From Octopus sinensis (taxonomy: Eukaryota), in assembly GCF_006345805.1 (NCBI RefSeq), contig NC_043017.1, positions 9,548,001 to 9,612,000 on the forward strand: DNA of 64,000 nt, given 5' to 3'. Of the stretch, positions 12,129-25,841 are shown one piece after another. Positions within the stretch are counted from its first letter, which is position 1. Every line of letters starts with the position of its first letter. The translations under genes were made by a program, and so were the position numbers. A model generated the notes under the pieces. It ran no database searches. It was not told where the DNA came from and saw nothing but the letters and a program-made list of their open reading frames with translations.

Positions 12129-13526
12129 ATTGATGATGTTGTTGATGATGATGATGATGTATCATCAGCATCATTGTTCTAGCATCCATTTACGCATGCT
12201 TGCATGCATCAGCTAGAATTCATTGAGGCAGGTTTTCTATGGTTAGATGTCCTTCCTGTCGATGATGATGGTGGTGGTGGTGGTGGTGGTGACGATGATG
12301 ATGATGAAAAACAGCAGTATTAATTGATGATCACTGAAAACCAAAGCAACGAAGGGTTGCTTGGGCGGGGGCGGGGTATGGGGGTGTTTTTAATTATTTT
12401 TTTGGCTTTCTGTCTGTCTAAAGGTCATCAAAAGTCTGTAAGTGTGATCAGGTGCGCTAGTACTTATACCAAGATGATATATTGTCCTAACGTGCAAGAT
12501 GTGTGTGTGTGTGTGAGGGGCTAATCTTTTAATCTGATTTAATGTGATACTCTTTAAAAAGTCAGTTTATATAATCTTTTAAACTGATTCTGTTGTGTTT
12601 CTTTTCTGCGTCAATGCTGTAATTCTTTGGTTGGCATTTAACGATGTTTGATGATATCTAATGGAAGCAGATACAGCTCGGTTGTTAGGCTCTTCAACAA
12701 ACTTACTTTGCAACTGTGTAGTTTGGGGTTCAATCCCACTGTGTGGCACCTTAGACGCCTGGGCCTACCAATATATATATATATATATGTATCATCATCA
12801 TCGTTTAATGTCCGTTTTCCATGCTAGCATCAATTGGATGGTTCGACCGGGGTCTGGGAAGCCAGGAGGCTGCACCAGGCTCCAGTCTGATCTGGCAGTG
12901 TTTCTACAGCTGGATGCCCTTCCTAACGCCAACCACTCAGTGAGTGTAGTGGGTGCTTTTTACGTGCCACCGGCACAGGTGCCAGGGGAGGCTGGCAATG
13001 GTCACAATCGGTTGGTGCTTTTTATGTGCCACTGGCACGGAAGCCAGTCATGGAGACGCTGGCATCGACCACGTACGGACGTTGCTTTTTACGTGCCACC
13101 GACACGGAAGCCAGTCAAGGCAGCGCTGGCATCAGCCACGTATGGATGAATTAGTGTGTGTGTGTTTGTTTGTTCCCCCCACCTACACACCATTGCTTGA
13201 CAACCGATGTTGGTGTGTTTATGTCCCCGTAACTTAGCAGTTTGGCAAAAGCGACCAATAGAATAAGTAGCAGGCTTACAAAGAATAAGTCCTGGGTGTC
13301 AGTTTGTTTGACTAAAGGCGGTGCTCCAGCATGGCCACAGTCAGATAACTGATACAAATAAAAGAATAAAAGAACCGTATGAAATTATATCTTTAGATAT
13401 GATTTAAATGGAATCCCTAAAAACACACACCACCACCACCACCACCACCAGCATGCAGTCTGTTTGATAATTATCTTTTTGTAATTAAACTAATCTTTAT
13501 TTATTTATTTGTTATGTTTTTTGCAG

Positions 13527-13572
13527 TGGACACAGTGGTGTGAAGTCTGTGTTGGATGCATTGGACTCTGAG
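13527..13572 (+). CDS. PTRH1: Pth-like exon C: (N)GHSGVKSVLDALDSE
   Basis: tttgcag| ... GAG|gtaggt, phase 2 to 0. Corresponds to the GHNGxxS motif. Confidence 0.9.
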
Positions 13573-14232
13573 GTAGGTTGGTCACCTTTCTTTATCAATG
13601 ACTGCCCCTATCCCCTCTCTCCCAGTCTCTCTCACTCTACACACCCACGCACACATACACACACACATAATCATATATATCATGGTATCGCCCAAACTAT
13701 CCAAGGTTGCTTTATATCACTGGTCACATTGCACTTTACATTGCTTTAGTTTTTGAATGCTGCCACCCTACTAGCTGGGTGGGTTGGCAGGCTAACATCC
13801 ACCCTGATCAGAAGGCCATTCTGTCACAAGGCAACTCATTTTTAGCTGAGTGGACTGGTCTAATGACCCTCCATATTTGTTCTGGTCCAATGACCCTCCA
13901 TATTTGTTCTGGTCTAGTGACCCTCCATATTTGTTTTTCATTCGGTTTCCTTATATGTGTCTACTGTCATGTTTTTGCTCCCAGCTTTCACCCTCCATAA
14001 ATCCTAAATTTTATTTTAGAACTTATGCAAGCAATTGTCTTTGAAGACTCATATTGTCGCTGAATGCTCAAAATGAGGAGTAGACAGACAGCCAACAACT
14101 GATGAAGGGTCCTTTCTCTATGTTTACTTGTCCTGTTTTCCATTCTTTTCTCATTGTTTGTGTATCTAACTCATTTGTTTACATATTTCATGTTATTTGC
14201 ACCGTTGGTGACATCCTGTACCATATATGCTG

Positions 14233-14340
<108 letters not shown>

Positions 14341-14401
14341 TATATATATACATATATATTATTTACTATTATTTAATTGAACATGACGCATCTGTTTCCA
14401 A

Positions 14402-14436
<35 letters not shown>

Positions 14437-15546
14437 ATATGTATATATATATTCACATTCTTCCAGTTTACTTGTATGAAATCCACTCAAAAGACTTTGG
14501 TACTCTCGGGCTGTAGTTGAAGACACTTGCCCAGGGTGCCCTGTGGTGGGACTGAACCTGAAAACCTGTGGTTGGGAAGCAAACTTTTTAACCACACTGC
14601 CACACCTACCTCTACAAGCCACACTTGCGCCTGTGTGTGTGTGTGTGTTATTATTAAGGCAACAAGCTGGCAGAATTGATAGCACGCTGGGGCAAAATGC
14701 TTAGCAGCATTTCAACCATCTTTATGTTCTGAGTTCAAATTCCGCTGATGTCGACTTTGCCTTTCATCCTTACAGGGTCAATAAATTAAGTACCAGTCAA
14801 GTACTAGGGTCAGTGTCATTGACTATACCCCTCTCCACAAATTCCAGGCTTGTGCCTATATCAGAAAAGATTATTATTATTAAAAGGAAATATAAAAGGA
14901 GAAAGGGGCTCTCTACCCACCTTTTGACCGGGCTCCCGTGGCTTTTATGGGTTTTTCCACGAGTAACCTTTCGAAGCGCCTCCCCCTATTGGGAGTTTTA
15001 ATTGTTACTTATTTTTCATTGTCATCCTGCTTTTGTACACGGACCTTTTTCAAACGGACAAAACCCTTTGTAACTTTCGTCCTGTGTTTTGTCCCTTTAT
15101 GTTTTAATTGATTTTTGTTAGCCCTTGTGGCCAATAAACGAACAAATTATTATTATAATTATTATTATTATTATTATTATTATTGCCGGTGGCACATAAA
15201 AGCACCATCTGTTCGTGTCCGTTGCCAACCTCGCCTGGCCCCCGTGCCGGTGGCACGTAAAAGCACCATCCGTTCGTGTCCGTTTGCCACCCTCCCCTGG
15301 CACCTGTGCAGGTGGCACGTAAAAGCACCCACTACACTCACGGAGTGGTTGGCGTTAGGAAGGGCATCCAGCTGTAGAAACACTGCCAGATCTGACTGGG
15401 CCTGATGAAGCCTTCGGGCTTCACAGACCCCAGTTGAACCGTCCAACCCATGCTAGCATGGAAAACGGACGCTAAATGATGATGATGATGATGATGATGA
15501 TTATTATTATTATTACTATTTCATTTTTTTTTTTCTTTCTTTGTAG

Positions 15547-15747
15547 AAATTGACAAGACTGAAAATTGGCATTGATCGTCCAGCTGCAAAAGACCAGATT
15601 GGAATGTACCTCCAGGAAGAATTTTCACCTGAAGAACAAGTCATACTGGATTTAGTTATGGATCTTTGCTTGACGACTTTGTGTCAGCATCTGAAAGATA
15701 AGACGGGAGTGGATATGAACGATTTGAAACCAGCCAATAAAACTTAA
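15547..15747 (+). CDS. PTRH1: Pth-like terminal exon D: KLTRLKIGIDRP...FSPEEQ...KPANKT*
   Basis: Long polypyrimidine tract + tag|, phase 0. RLxIGIxRP and F(S)xEE motifs; TAA at 15745-15747. Confidence 0.92.
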   Translation, partial: KLTRLKIGIDRPAAKDQIGMYLQEEFSPEEQVILDLVMDLCLTTLCQHLKDKTGVDMNDLKPANKT

Positions 15748-16777
15748 CAATGTCAAACAAACAAACAAAAAAACAAAAAAACCCAGTGATTTGCCTTTTG
15801 AAGACGTCTTTATTTCTTTCACTCTCTCTTTCTCTCCCTTCTTTTTACTCTTTCCTCTCTCACAGTTCTTTTTTTCTCTTCTGACAACGATAGATAAACG
15901 AAGACGTGTGGTATTTTTCATTCTTTTTAAGTCTGTAACCTTATTTGCTGATAGATAAAAGCATATTTATACTTTTATATAGTAAATAGACTGAAAAGCT
16001 ATAACCAGATATTTAGACATACATATATAAATATATATGTGTATATGAATGCATTTGCACGTGCATACAGATACATATATGCACACATAAATACATAGAC
16101 ATATGTGCATGTATGGATACATATATATAAATGCATAATAGACATACAAACACGTTGATTCTACTTATCTCTCTGTAGACTAAAAAAAACGATGAACAAC
16201 CTTAATCGATTCTCTATCCTTATTGAGGTCTCATCAGTGATGTTTATATCACTTGACCAATCCCAGAGAAATAAGTAACAATTCTGTTTATGTACAAATC
16301 AAATCTGGTTGCTACAGAGAACTGGAGTAACTAATTAGTTTACCATTAGTATTTAATACTTCTCACATTCACACATAGATACATACATACATACATAGGT
16401 ATACATAGAAATACACATATATACTGACACACATTGGTACATATATACATATGTACACATACATTTTTATACACACTTAAAACAATAAATATATATATAT
16501 ATACATATATATTTATCTTTTGCAAAATAATCAATGAAATATGTAAATTTTTAATCAAACCAAAACATTTTTCTATAAAATAATATACCTATCTATCCAT
16601 GTGTGTGTATGTATGTATGTGTATATACATATGTGTGTGCGTGTGTGTTTGTGTGTGTGTTTATACATACACATGGCAAGATGAAATGTAGGTTTACATA
16701 CATCTACGTGCATATTAAATCTATGGATATAATTGCATATATACATATATATGTGTATATGTATATCTATCTATCTA

Positions 16778-16824
<47 letters not shown>

Positions 16825-17620
16825 ATCTATAGATATATATTTATATATATACTTGCATATACTTTAAGTTTTATTTTTCTTATTCATATTTTGCCTGAAT
16901 ATCAAAGAATGTGTTTTTATTCGGTATGCCTAAAGATGGGTTATCAGCAAAATCCGTGATATCTACTTCACAAAGAAGAAGAAACTGTAAAGAAAATTAT
17001 ATAATTTCTTCCAAAGCCAAGCTCCATACATGATTTAAATTTTCTGGAAAGTCTTTTTGGAAGTTAATTAGTTTCACTCGTTAAAACAGCAAACATTTCG
17101 CAGTGAATTTTTTTTTTTTAGTTTCTGAAAATATTTTATTAAATATTTCTTTAAAATTCGTTTTTGTCACTGCAAACATACACAAAAAAAAAAAAGAAAG
17201 AAAACGATAGAGACTTCAGTTTTGTAAAGGAATCTTGTTTTTTTTTTTTTTTGTTTTTGTTTTTTTTTTATTCCTAAATTACTGCTGATGTTGCTGCTGC
17301 TATTGCTGCTTTTTACTGCTGAAAAGTATGGAAGCTTCTTTGGATCAGAAATTAAACTACAGTAAACCCTTAATTTAATGGATTAATAACAGTGCAGATC
17401 ATGTGTCTGTTAATACTGGAAGTCCATTAAATCAGAGGTAAACTGGGAGCCATTTTTTAAAAAAAATTTATTATAAAAGAAAAAAAACTTAAATACATAT
17501 AACACAAAAAATAAAAATGATTAAATTATAATAAAAGATATCAAATTTTTTACTTTTCTTTTTGACAGTGTAGTTGAAGAGTATTTTGCTGTGATGCTAG
17601 TGGTAGTACAGTATTGTATG

Positions 17621-17676
<56 letters not shown>

Positions 17677-18467
17677 CATAAGGTGGTGAGCTGGCAGACT
17701 TGGTTAATATGCTGGGCAAAATGCTCAGCTGCATTTTGTCCATCTCTATGTTCTGAGTTCAAATTCCACCAAGGTTGACTTCACCTTTCATCCTTTCAGG
17801 GTTGATAAGATAAGCACCAGTTGAGTACTGGGGTTGATTTAATCAACTTGGCCCCTCTTCCTCAAAAAAAAACTGCTAGCCTTGTGCCAGAATTTTAAAC
17901 CATTAATATTATATGTTATTGTTAAGGTGGTGAGCTGGCAGAATCGTTAGCATGCCAGGCAAAATGCTTAGCAGTATTTTGTTTGCCGTTACGTTCTGAG
18001 TTCAAATTCCGCCGAGGTCGACTTTGCCTTTCATCCTTTCGGGGTCGATAAATTAAGTACCAGTTACGCACTGGGGTCGATGTAATCGACTTAATCCCTT
18101 TGTCTGTCCTTGTTTGTCCCCTCTATGTTTAGCCCCTTGTGGGCAATAAAGAAATAAGAATTGTATGCATGCCTGGCAAAACACTCAGCGACAGTTTGGC
18201 TGCTCTTACATTCTGAGTTCAAATTCTGTTGAGGTCGACTTCTTTCAGGGTTGATAAAATAAGTACCAGTTGAACCCTGGGGTCAATGTAATCGACTTAG
18301 CCCCTTTCCCTCTAAAATTTCAGGTCTTGTGCCTACTGTAGAAAGGATTATTATTGTTGATGTTGTTGTTATATCTGCATGTTGAACTGGAGTTAAATGG
18401 ATGGTTTACTGACTTTACTTCTATTTCTAATTTCCATTTAACCTGATGATAGTTTTTCAAGGATTTC

Positions 18468-19897
18468 TTAAACTTTTTTTGATACAAATCCACCTCAGAC
18501 CACCACTCCTAGTTTTATGACACAAACTTCTTGTTTTAAAATGATTTAAATTTTAATTTACCATCAGAATTTCACGTTAATTTATGTTCGAAACACCGAC
18601 TTCATAATGACAATATCATTTGAAATAAAAGCAGTGGATTTCAACAAAAATATGGTAACAAAAGGGTTAAGCCATCTGATACAAACCAGCCTCAGACTGC
18701 CCCAATATTCTACAATACATTCTTCATGTTTGAAGTTAAATCAAATTAAAACAACCTCTTCCATCAAACAAGCACCGTCTTAATAACGTCAAAGTTATTT
18801 CACTAAATTCTTCATTATTGTAAAAATTACTTGAAACAAAAGGCAGCATATTTCAACAGAAATATCATTACAAAATGGTTAACCCTTCTGATGCCTGCCT
18901 GAGACTGCCTTTAATTCTACAATTCAAACTTCATGCTTAAAAGTGGTTTAAATTAAAAGCTCACATCAAAATTTATGTTGCAAATACCAGATTAATGATG
19001 ACAAAAGTTAAGATATTTCAACAGAAATATCTTAACAATAATAAACCTTTTCGTACTAACCTACTCATGGCTGTTTCTGGTTCTGTGATACAAACCTCAT
19101 GCTTTAAAATGATTTAAATTAAAACCGCCCATCAAAATTTTCGTGCTAATTTATGTTCTGAATACCAGATTAATAACGACAAAGTTATTTTTATTAAATT
19201 CTTCAATACTAGTTGGACCTGTAAAAATTCCACTGAATGAAAAGAATTGAGAGGAACTATTTAAGGAAGAAAAAAATTATTTGCATTTTTATTCCATGTA
19301 AATTATAGAAAAATATACAGTAACAATCTATACAATACTTAATACATTCATTAGTATTTAATTCTTTTGGAGCTGCAAGATCAATATAAAATTGCATATT
19401 CCTTATTATGCAATATTTTATCAATTATTTTACATTATATACAATCATTGTACACAAAATGACATAGAGAATATACACAATGTTTTTATTTACATGATTA
19501 GGTTTAATTCCATTGCAAATTTTAAAAAATAAACATCCATGGCTATTTTGCTTAATTATTTTATTTCCAGTCACAGTAATATATAATACAATTTCAAAAT
19601 TTCTTTCTGTCACTCTCACTCACTCCACTCTCTCTAACAAACAAACATGCAGAATTATAATATAGATTTTTCAAAATTGATTGAAAAAAAGGCAGTGTAT
19701 TTCAGCAGAAATATCATACATGGATTAGCTAGTTCTATAATACAAATGTACTTTAAAGTGATCCAAATTTAAAGCTTATATCAAACAAATACAAGTTAAT
19801 AAGGACAAAATTATTTTGCTAAATTCTTTATCATTTTCAAATTTGATTGAAATAATGTCAGTGTATTTCAACAGAAATATGGCAACAAAAGCATTAA
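18468..19897 (+). mobile_element. Head-to-tail array of ~5 diverged ~200-bp MITE-like elements with TTAACCC...GGGTTAA ends (piggyBac-type); fourth copy interrupted
   Basis: Recurring blocks gatacaaa...ttaaattaaa...catcaaaattt...gtatttcaacagaaatat..aacaaaagggttaa; best-preserved junctions share TTAA. Confidence 0.65.
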
Positions 19898-20942
19898 AGG
19901 ACATTTCGAATTAAAGTATGTATATTTTTATATTTGAAGATGGTCATTTTTTGCCAATTAAACACATGCGTTTTTTATTTGACCTTCACTTTATTATCAT
20001 TATTTTTGTCTAATTGTCGAAGATCTTTCATCACATTCTGTGACTTCTTCAGTTTCTGTCCCATGTGTCTCCTTTTGTCTTACCTATTCCATTTTGTCTT
20101 TCTGGAAGATAAAATGGAATAAACAGGACAAGAGGAGACACATAGGGGAGAGAGTCACTGAAGAGGTCACAGTATGTGTGACAAAAGAACTCTGACAAAT
20201 AAACTAAAAGCAATAATAATAATAATAATAAAGTGAAGATCAAATAATTAGTGCATGCGTGTTTAATTGGCAAAAAACGACCGACCATCCCCAAGTATAA
20301 CGATATCTCTTTCACATCAAGAATCTTGCAAAACAAATACTTAAACATACCAAGTGGTGCTCCAGCATGGCCACAGTCATATTTTGTATCTAGGGATTCT
20401 TCAAATCCACCCCACCACCACCACCACCACAACAAAGAATTATATTCTTAAGTTTTGCACAAATGGCTTTCGCTTGCTGTATTCCTAAACTGCTGCTGCA
20501 AAGTATGGGAGCTTCTTTGGATCAGAAATTAATCCACCTGCATTTCTAATTTCCATTTAACCTGACTCTGCTTTCAGGGGCTAATTTAAAGAGGGCTGAT
20601 ATCCCTTTTATTAATTCAAGCTTCTTTTGTATTATTCTCTGCAATTCTTCATACCACACTACACCACCACTGCAACGTACTTCATTGCATCCATCATGAT
20701 CATCATCATAATCATGTGGCAGCCTCTAGGAGGTTACTCAATTTGCTAGATATAGCAACCGAAACACTTTCAAATCACATCTCACTGTCTTCTAAAGTGG
20801 AAAGGACTGTTATTGCTTCCCAGCCATGTGGCCATGGCTTTAGTCCCACTGTGTGGGACCTTGGGCAAGTGTCTTCTACTATATTTCTGAACCATAGATT
20901 TGGGAGGTGGAAACTGAAAGAAGCTTGCTGTGTGTGTATGTG

Positions 20943-21028
<86 letters not shown>

Positions 21029-21449
21029 AAACATACACACATACATTCATACATGTATGTATCTGGGTTTGTCCACCATTTGACAACCACTATTGGCTTA
21101 TGTTCTCTTAACTTAGTGGTTCAGCAGAAGAGACCAATAGAAAAAGTATCAGACTTTAAAAAAGAAAAAGTACTGAGTTGTTAAACTAAAGGCTTCAAGA
21201 TGGTGCCCCAGCATGGCCACAGTCCAATCATTGTGACAAAATATTAGAAAAAAGCATAAAAAAAACTGAACAGTCATCACTGGAATACATCTGATCATAG
21301 GTTTGCTTGATCACAGTTGACCTGGGGTTAAACTACAACAACAACAACAATCATCATCATCATTATCATCACAATCTTCTTATTTGTCATTAACTGAACT
21401 AAAATTATGTATATGGAAAATCAGGTCAGCCTAGTTTGACCTTCCATAT

Positions 21450-21513
<64 letters not shown>

Positions 21514-22541
21514 TATATGTATGTATGTATATATATATATATATTATATATATGTATATATATTATATATATATATATATATATGTATACATATATATAT
21601 ATACATACACACATACACATACCTACACACATATATCATTTACATTATATGGAAAGTCAAACAAGAAATAAAAATCTCTCAGATAAAAGAAAAAAAAATA
21701 TGTTCCCAGGTGACAATAATTTCTGTCTGCTGTGTCAAGGTATTAGTCTCAATGCCAAATTTGTCACTCAATTCCTAAACTGCCTGGTGTTGAAGAATGA
21801 AATTTATGCCAGCAGAAGTGGAATTTCAACATTGAGTTACATCAACACTTGGATTTTTTTATTTGATTGTTTTTTCTTGCATATATTAACATATCTTAGA
21901 TGTTTCTTTCATTCAGTTAATATGACAGAAAAAAAAGAAACATTTAAAAAAACAACAACAAAAATAATAGATATGTTCTTGTTTTTTCCATATGTAATAA
22001 ATTTCAGTTTCTCACTTCAGAAAAAAAATATTATTTAATTAATGAGTAAAATCAATTAATGAAACAATTAAGGGTGGGTAGATTTCTTTTCTCGTTAACA
22101 TTTTAATTGTAAAATTTAATTTTATGGTTATTACAGTAATTATGTTAAATATCTACCAAAACAAAACAAAACAAAAAAAATAATAGAATTGGTATTTTTT
22201 GCAAGTCATGTTGTCCCTGTAATAAACTTGGTACATCTCAACAGAAAATAGCTTCAGACATGACAGTTCTTCATCAAAATATGGATCGGAATATAAAACT
22301 GTTTTTTTGATTTTGCTGTGAAGGAGAAAGAAACTTTGTGTGGCTATATCTGATTTCTGCAGTGAAAGGGTTAAATTCTGTTTCTTTATTTTTAAAACAA
22401 CAAACAGTAATTTCATGCTGCCATTCATAGCTTCCTTAATACTTTCGTCCCATATTTAACATTTAAAAAAAAAAACTCCTTGAAGGAAGATAGTGTAGTG
22501 TGAATACATACAAACATATATATTGTGTGTGTGTGTGTGTG

Positions 22542-22598
<57 letters not shown>

Positions 22599-22657
22599 TA
22601 TACATATATATATATATATAATATATATATATTATATATACATATATATATATATAC

Positions 22658-22710
<53 letters not shown>

Positions 22711-22917
22711 AGTTATAAATGATAGAGAAATAGTTTGATGGAATTTTATTTGACAATAAGAAAATTCTAATATCATGACAAACTGTTTATATTATATTTA
22801 ATAATAAATTATTTACAGGTCTGCACTAATGCAAAAAGCAAAAAATTCTTCAAAATAATGCAGAATTTAAGCTACATTGTCAAGAGAAAGAAAATTTTCG
22901 TTATGCATGTGTGTGTT

Positions 22918-22953
<36 letters not shown>

Positions 22954-23127
22954 ATGAAAATAAGCAACAAGAATAACTTTGGTAATTTACCAAATTACCG
23001 GAGTCATTCTTGTTGCTTATTTTGATTATAATCACCCCACAGATTTTTATGGATAACACCATACAGAATTCTGGTGCATCTAACTTAAGTACCATATTCA
23101 TTTGAATCTAAATTTTGCTGAACTTAT

Positions 23128-23170
<43 letters not shown>

Positions 23171-23290
23171 TTTAACAGTGGAACTATATGTGTATATACA
23201 CACACATATTAAAATATAAAATGAAAAGCAAAACGTTTGGCATCACTCGAAAATTCATTTAATTTAAATAGAGAATATAAACAGATAGAG

Positions 23291-23380
23291 TCTCTTACAG
23301 CTGTTTCTAGAATAGCCAAGCATATGGATCATGATATTGAGTAAGGATTCTATAAGCAAAGTATTCCGTCGTCAGAGAGA
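23291..23380 (-). ncRNA. Type I hammerhead-ribozyme-like motif (Penelope-associated type)
   Basis: Minus strand: UCUCU-CUGACGA-C-GGAAUA...UAUUCU-A-GAAA-CAGCUG-UA-AGAGA. Stem I 5 bp, stem II 6 bp with C.A at 10.1/11.1, palindromic stem III, GUA cleavage triplet. Confidence 0.6.
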
Positions 23381-24429
23381 GAGAGAAGCCAGAAAATATA
23401 GAGATGAAGAATATCCCTAATCAATATTGTTACTTTCCAGTTTGTCAAAAACATGAAAGAAGGATCAGAGTGGAAAGAATATGTGTTAGGTAGGTCCCTG
23501 ATCAAATATATAATAGTTATAAATAAGGTCCATTAGCATTTCTAAAGGTGAATATTTGATGATAATCCATGGCAAAGGATAATGGAAATAAGAGTTGGTG
23601 ACAATTGGGCAACTTCCATTATACTTTGCCATGGGTTATATATATGTACATAAATACATATAAATATGTTGCAGAGTGCTCCTAGAAGTTCTTGTATATA
23701 TTCTTAGAAACTCAAATATATTTAGCTCCCATCTTCAGCTTAAAACCACAATCAAATAAACTATGAACCCAGTGAAATATATACCCAAAAGGTGAGAGTC
23801 TAACAGATTATCCACAAGGCTGGGTTTTGCTTCTTTCCAGTATAAAAATAGTGAAAAAGAAATGGTACAACTACCCTCTCTGAACTGTAATAAGCCTAAT
23901 TGTATATGAAAATTATCTCCATGGCATCACACCAAACACCAGGAAGAAAAACAATCTTTGATCTATATTGCCTTTATAGTACCCAGGCTCCACACATTGC
24001 TCTTTAAAAAAATTTTTTTTTAATTGGTAGGTTCCTTGTAAGATACTGTTCTAAAATTATTAATATTTAAAATTATTATCAGTAAGGTAGTGAACTGGCA
24101 GAAGCATCATTGCTCTGGAGAAAATGCTTAGCAACATTTTGTCCATCATTAGTTCTGAGTTCAAATGCCACCAAGGTTGACTTTGCCTTTCATTCTTTTG
24201 TGGGTCAATAAAATGAGTCCCAGTTTAGTGCTGGGGTCAATATAATTGACTTTTCACCCACCTCCAAATCTGCTAGCTTTGTGCCAAAATTTTAAACCTA
24301 ATATCTTAAATTATTTGTTCTTCGTTATGCAAAAGCGATTGTCTGCTAATTTTAGTAGCAGGGATGGGATGCTATCCTGAGTTTCCATGGCAACACATTT
24401 CAGATCTCAAGAATCTTTGTTGTTGTTGC

Positions 24430-24471
<42 letters not shown>

Positions 24472-24711
24472 AAGCGGTGAGCTGGCAGAAACGTTAGCAT
24501 GCCAGGCGAAATGTTTACTGGTATTTTGTCCATCTATACATTCTGAGTTCAAATTCCGCCGAGGTCGACTTTGCCTTTCATCCTTTTGGGGTCGATAAAT
24601 TAAGTACCAGTTGAACACTGGGGGTCGATGTAATTGATTCATGTCCTCCCCCAAAATTGCTGCCCTTGTGGCAAAATTTGAAACCATTATTATTATTATT
24701 ATTATTATTGA

Positions 24712-24935
24712 TTTGACTCAGGTTCATTCTTATTCCTTGTAGAATTTATGTGGGTAGCAAGTTACTACCTAGGTAACCTTAGGCATCCACAAGCTTTCAA
24801 TAGTCTTTCAAGTGTTTAATCTTTCCTGTCTCTAAGACACAAACTTTCTGTAGAAGCTCTACAAGACATTCTGTTTCATTCTCTCTTCCACCATTTCTCT
24901 ATATCTTTAATTACAGTTCCCAATGCACCAATTAT
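24712..24935 (-). mobile_element. 3' fragment of an R4/Dong-type non-LTR retrotransposon flanked by (TAA)n
   Basis: Minus frames IIGALGTVIKDIEKW ... VELLQKVCVLETGKI resemble the R4-clade C-terminus; (ATT)n lies on both sides. Confidence 0.6.
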
Positions 24936-24995
24936 TACATATTATTATTATCATTATCATTATTATTATCATCATCATCATCATCATTATTATTA

Positions 24996-25032
<37 letters not shown>

Positions 25033-25785
25033 GTGTTTATGTCCAAGATTATTTTTAAAATCCTTGTGAAATTTTAAAAAGTGAAAAATTTTATAACTTC
25101 AATATCTCTGCACGGTAAGAGTAAACCACAAAAAAAAAAAAAATTAAAAAGCTTGATGTAATATATTTTATTATAATTGAAAAGTAATTAATCATAATTT
25201 TTTATTATTGATTTAAGAAAAAAATTGATAATTACTTCGACTGATATAGGGACATGCGAAAAGGTAAAAAACTAAACCTTGTTCTTTGCAAGAGGGATTA
25301 GTGGGCCAGTATAACTAAAGTGTTTTAGGGTGTAGCTGAAAGAAAATCACCTACACATATTATGCACTCCTGCACATGTTATGCACACCTGTGTACATAA
25401 TGCACACCTGCACACTTGCACATGTAAAATACAGTGACCGTGTTGAAAATCAACATAGTCGAGGATAAAGTTGTTTAAAAATATAATCATTAAGGGTGTG
25501 TTAATTAAAAGTATTCTTTTATGGGAATGGTTGTGTGGTTAAGAAGCTTGCTTTGCAACAATGTGGCTTCGGGTTCAATCCCTCAGTGCGGCACTAATGT
25601 CTTCTACTATAACTCCAAGCTGACCAATACCTTGTGAATGAATTTGGTAGACAGATACTGTGTAGAAGCCCATTATATGTGTGTATATATATATATATAT
25701 TTGTATGTAGATGTTTATTTATATATGTATATGTATGTATATATGTATGTGTGTATATATACATACATACATATATATATACATA

Positions 25786-25841
<56 letters not shown>

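Noticed and set aside
11886-12216. Poly-Asp/poly-Met/poly-His ORFs
   Set aside because: (GAT)n tail of a retroposon within a Pth-like intron.
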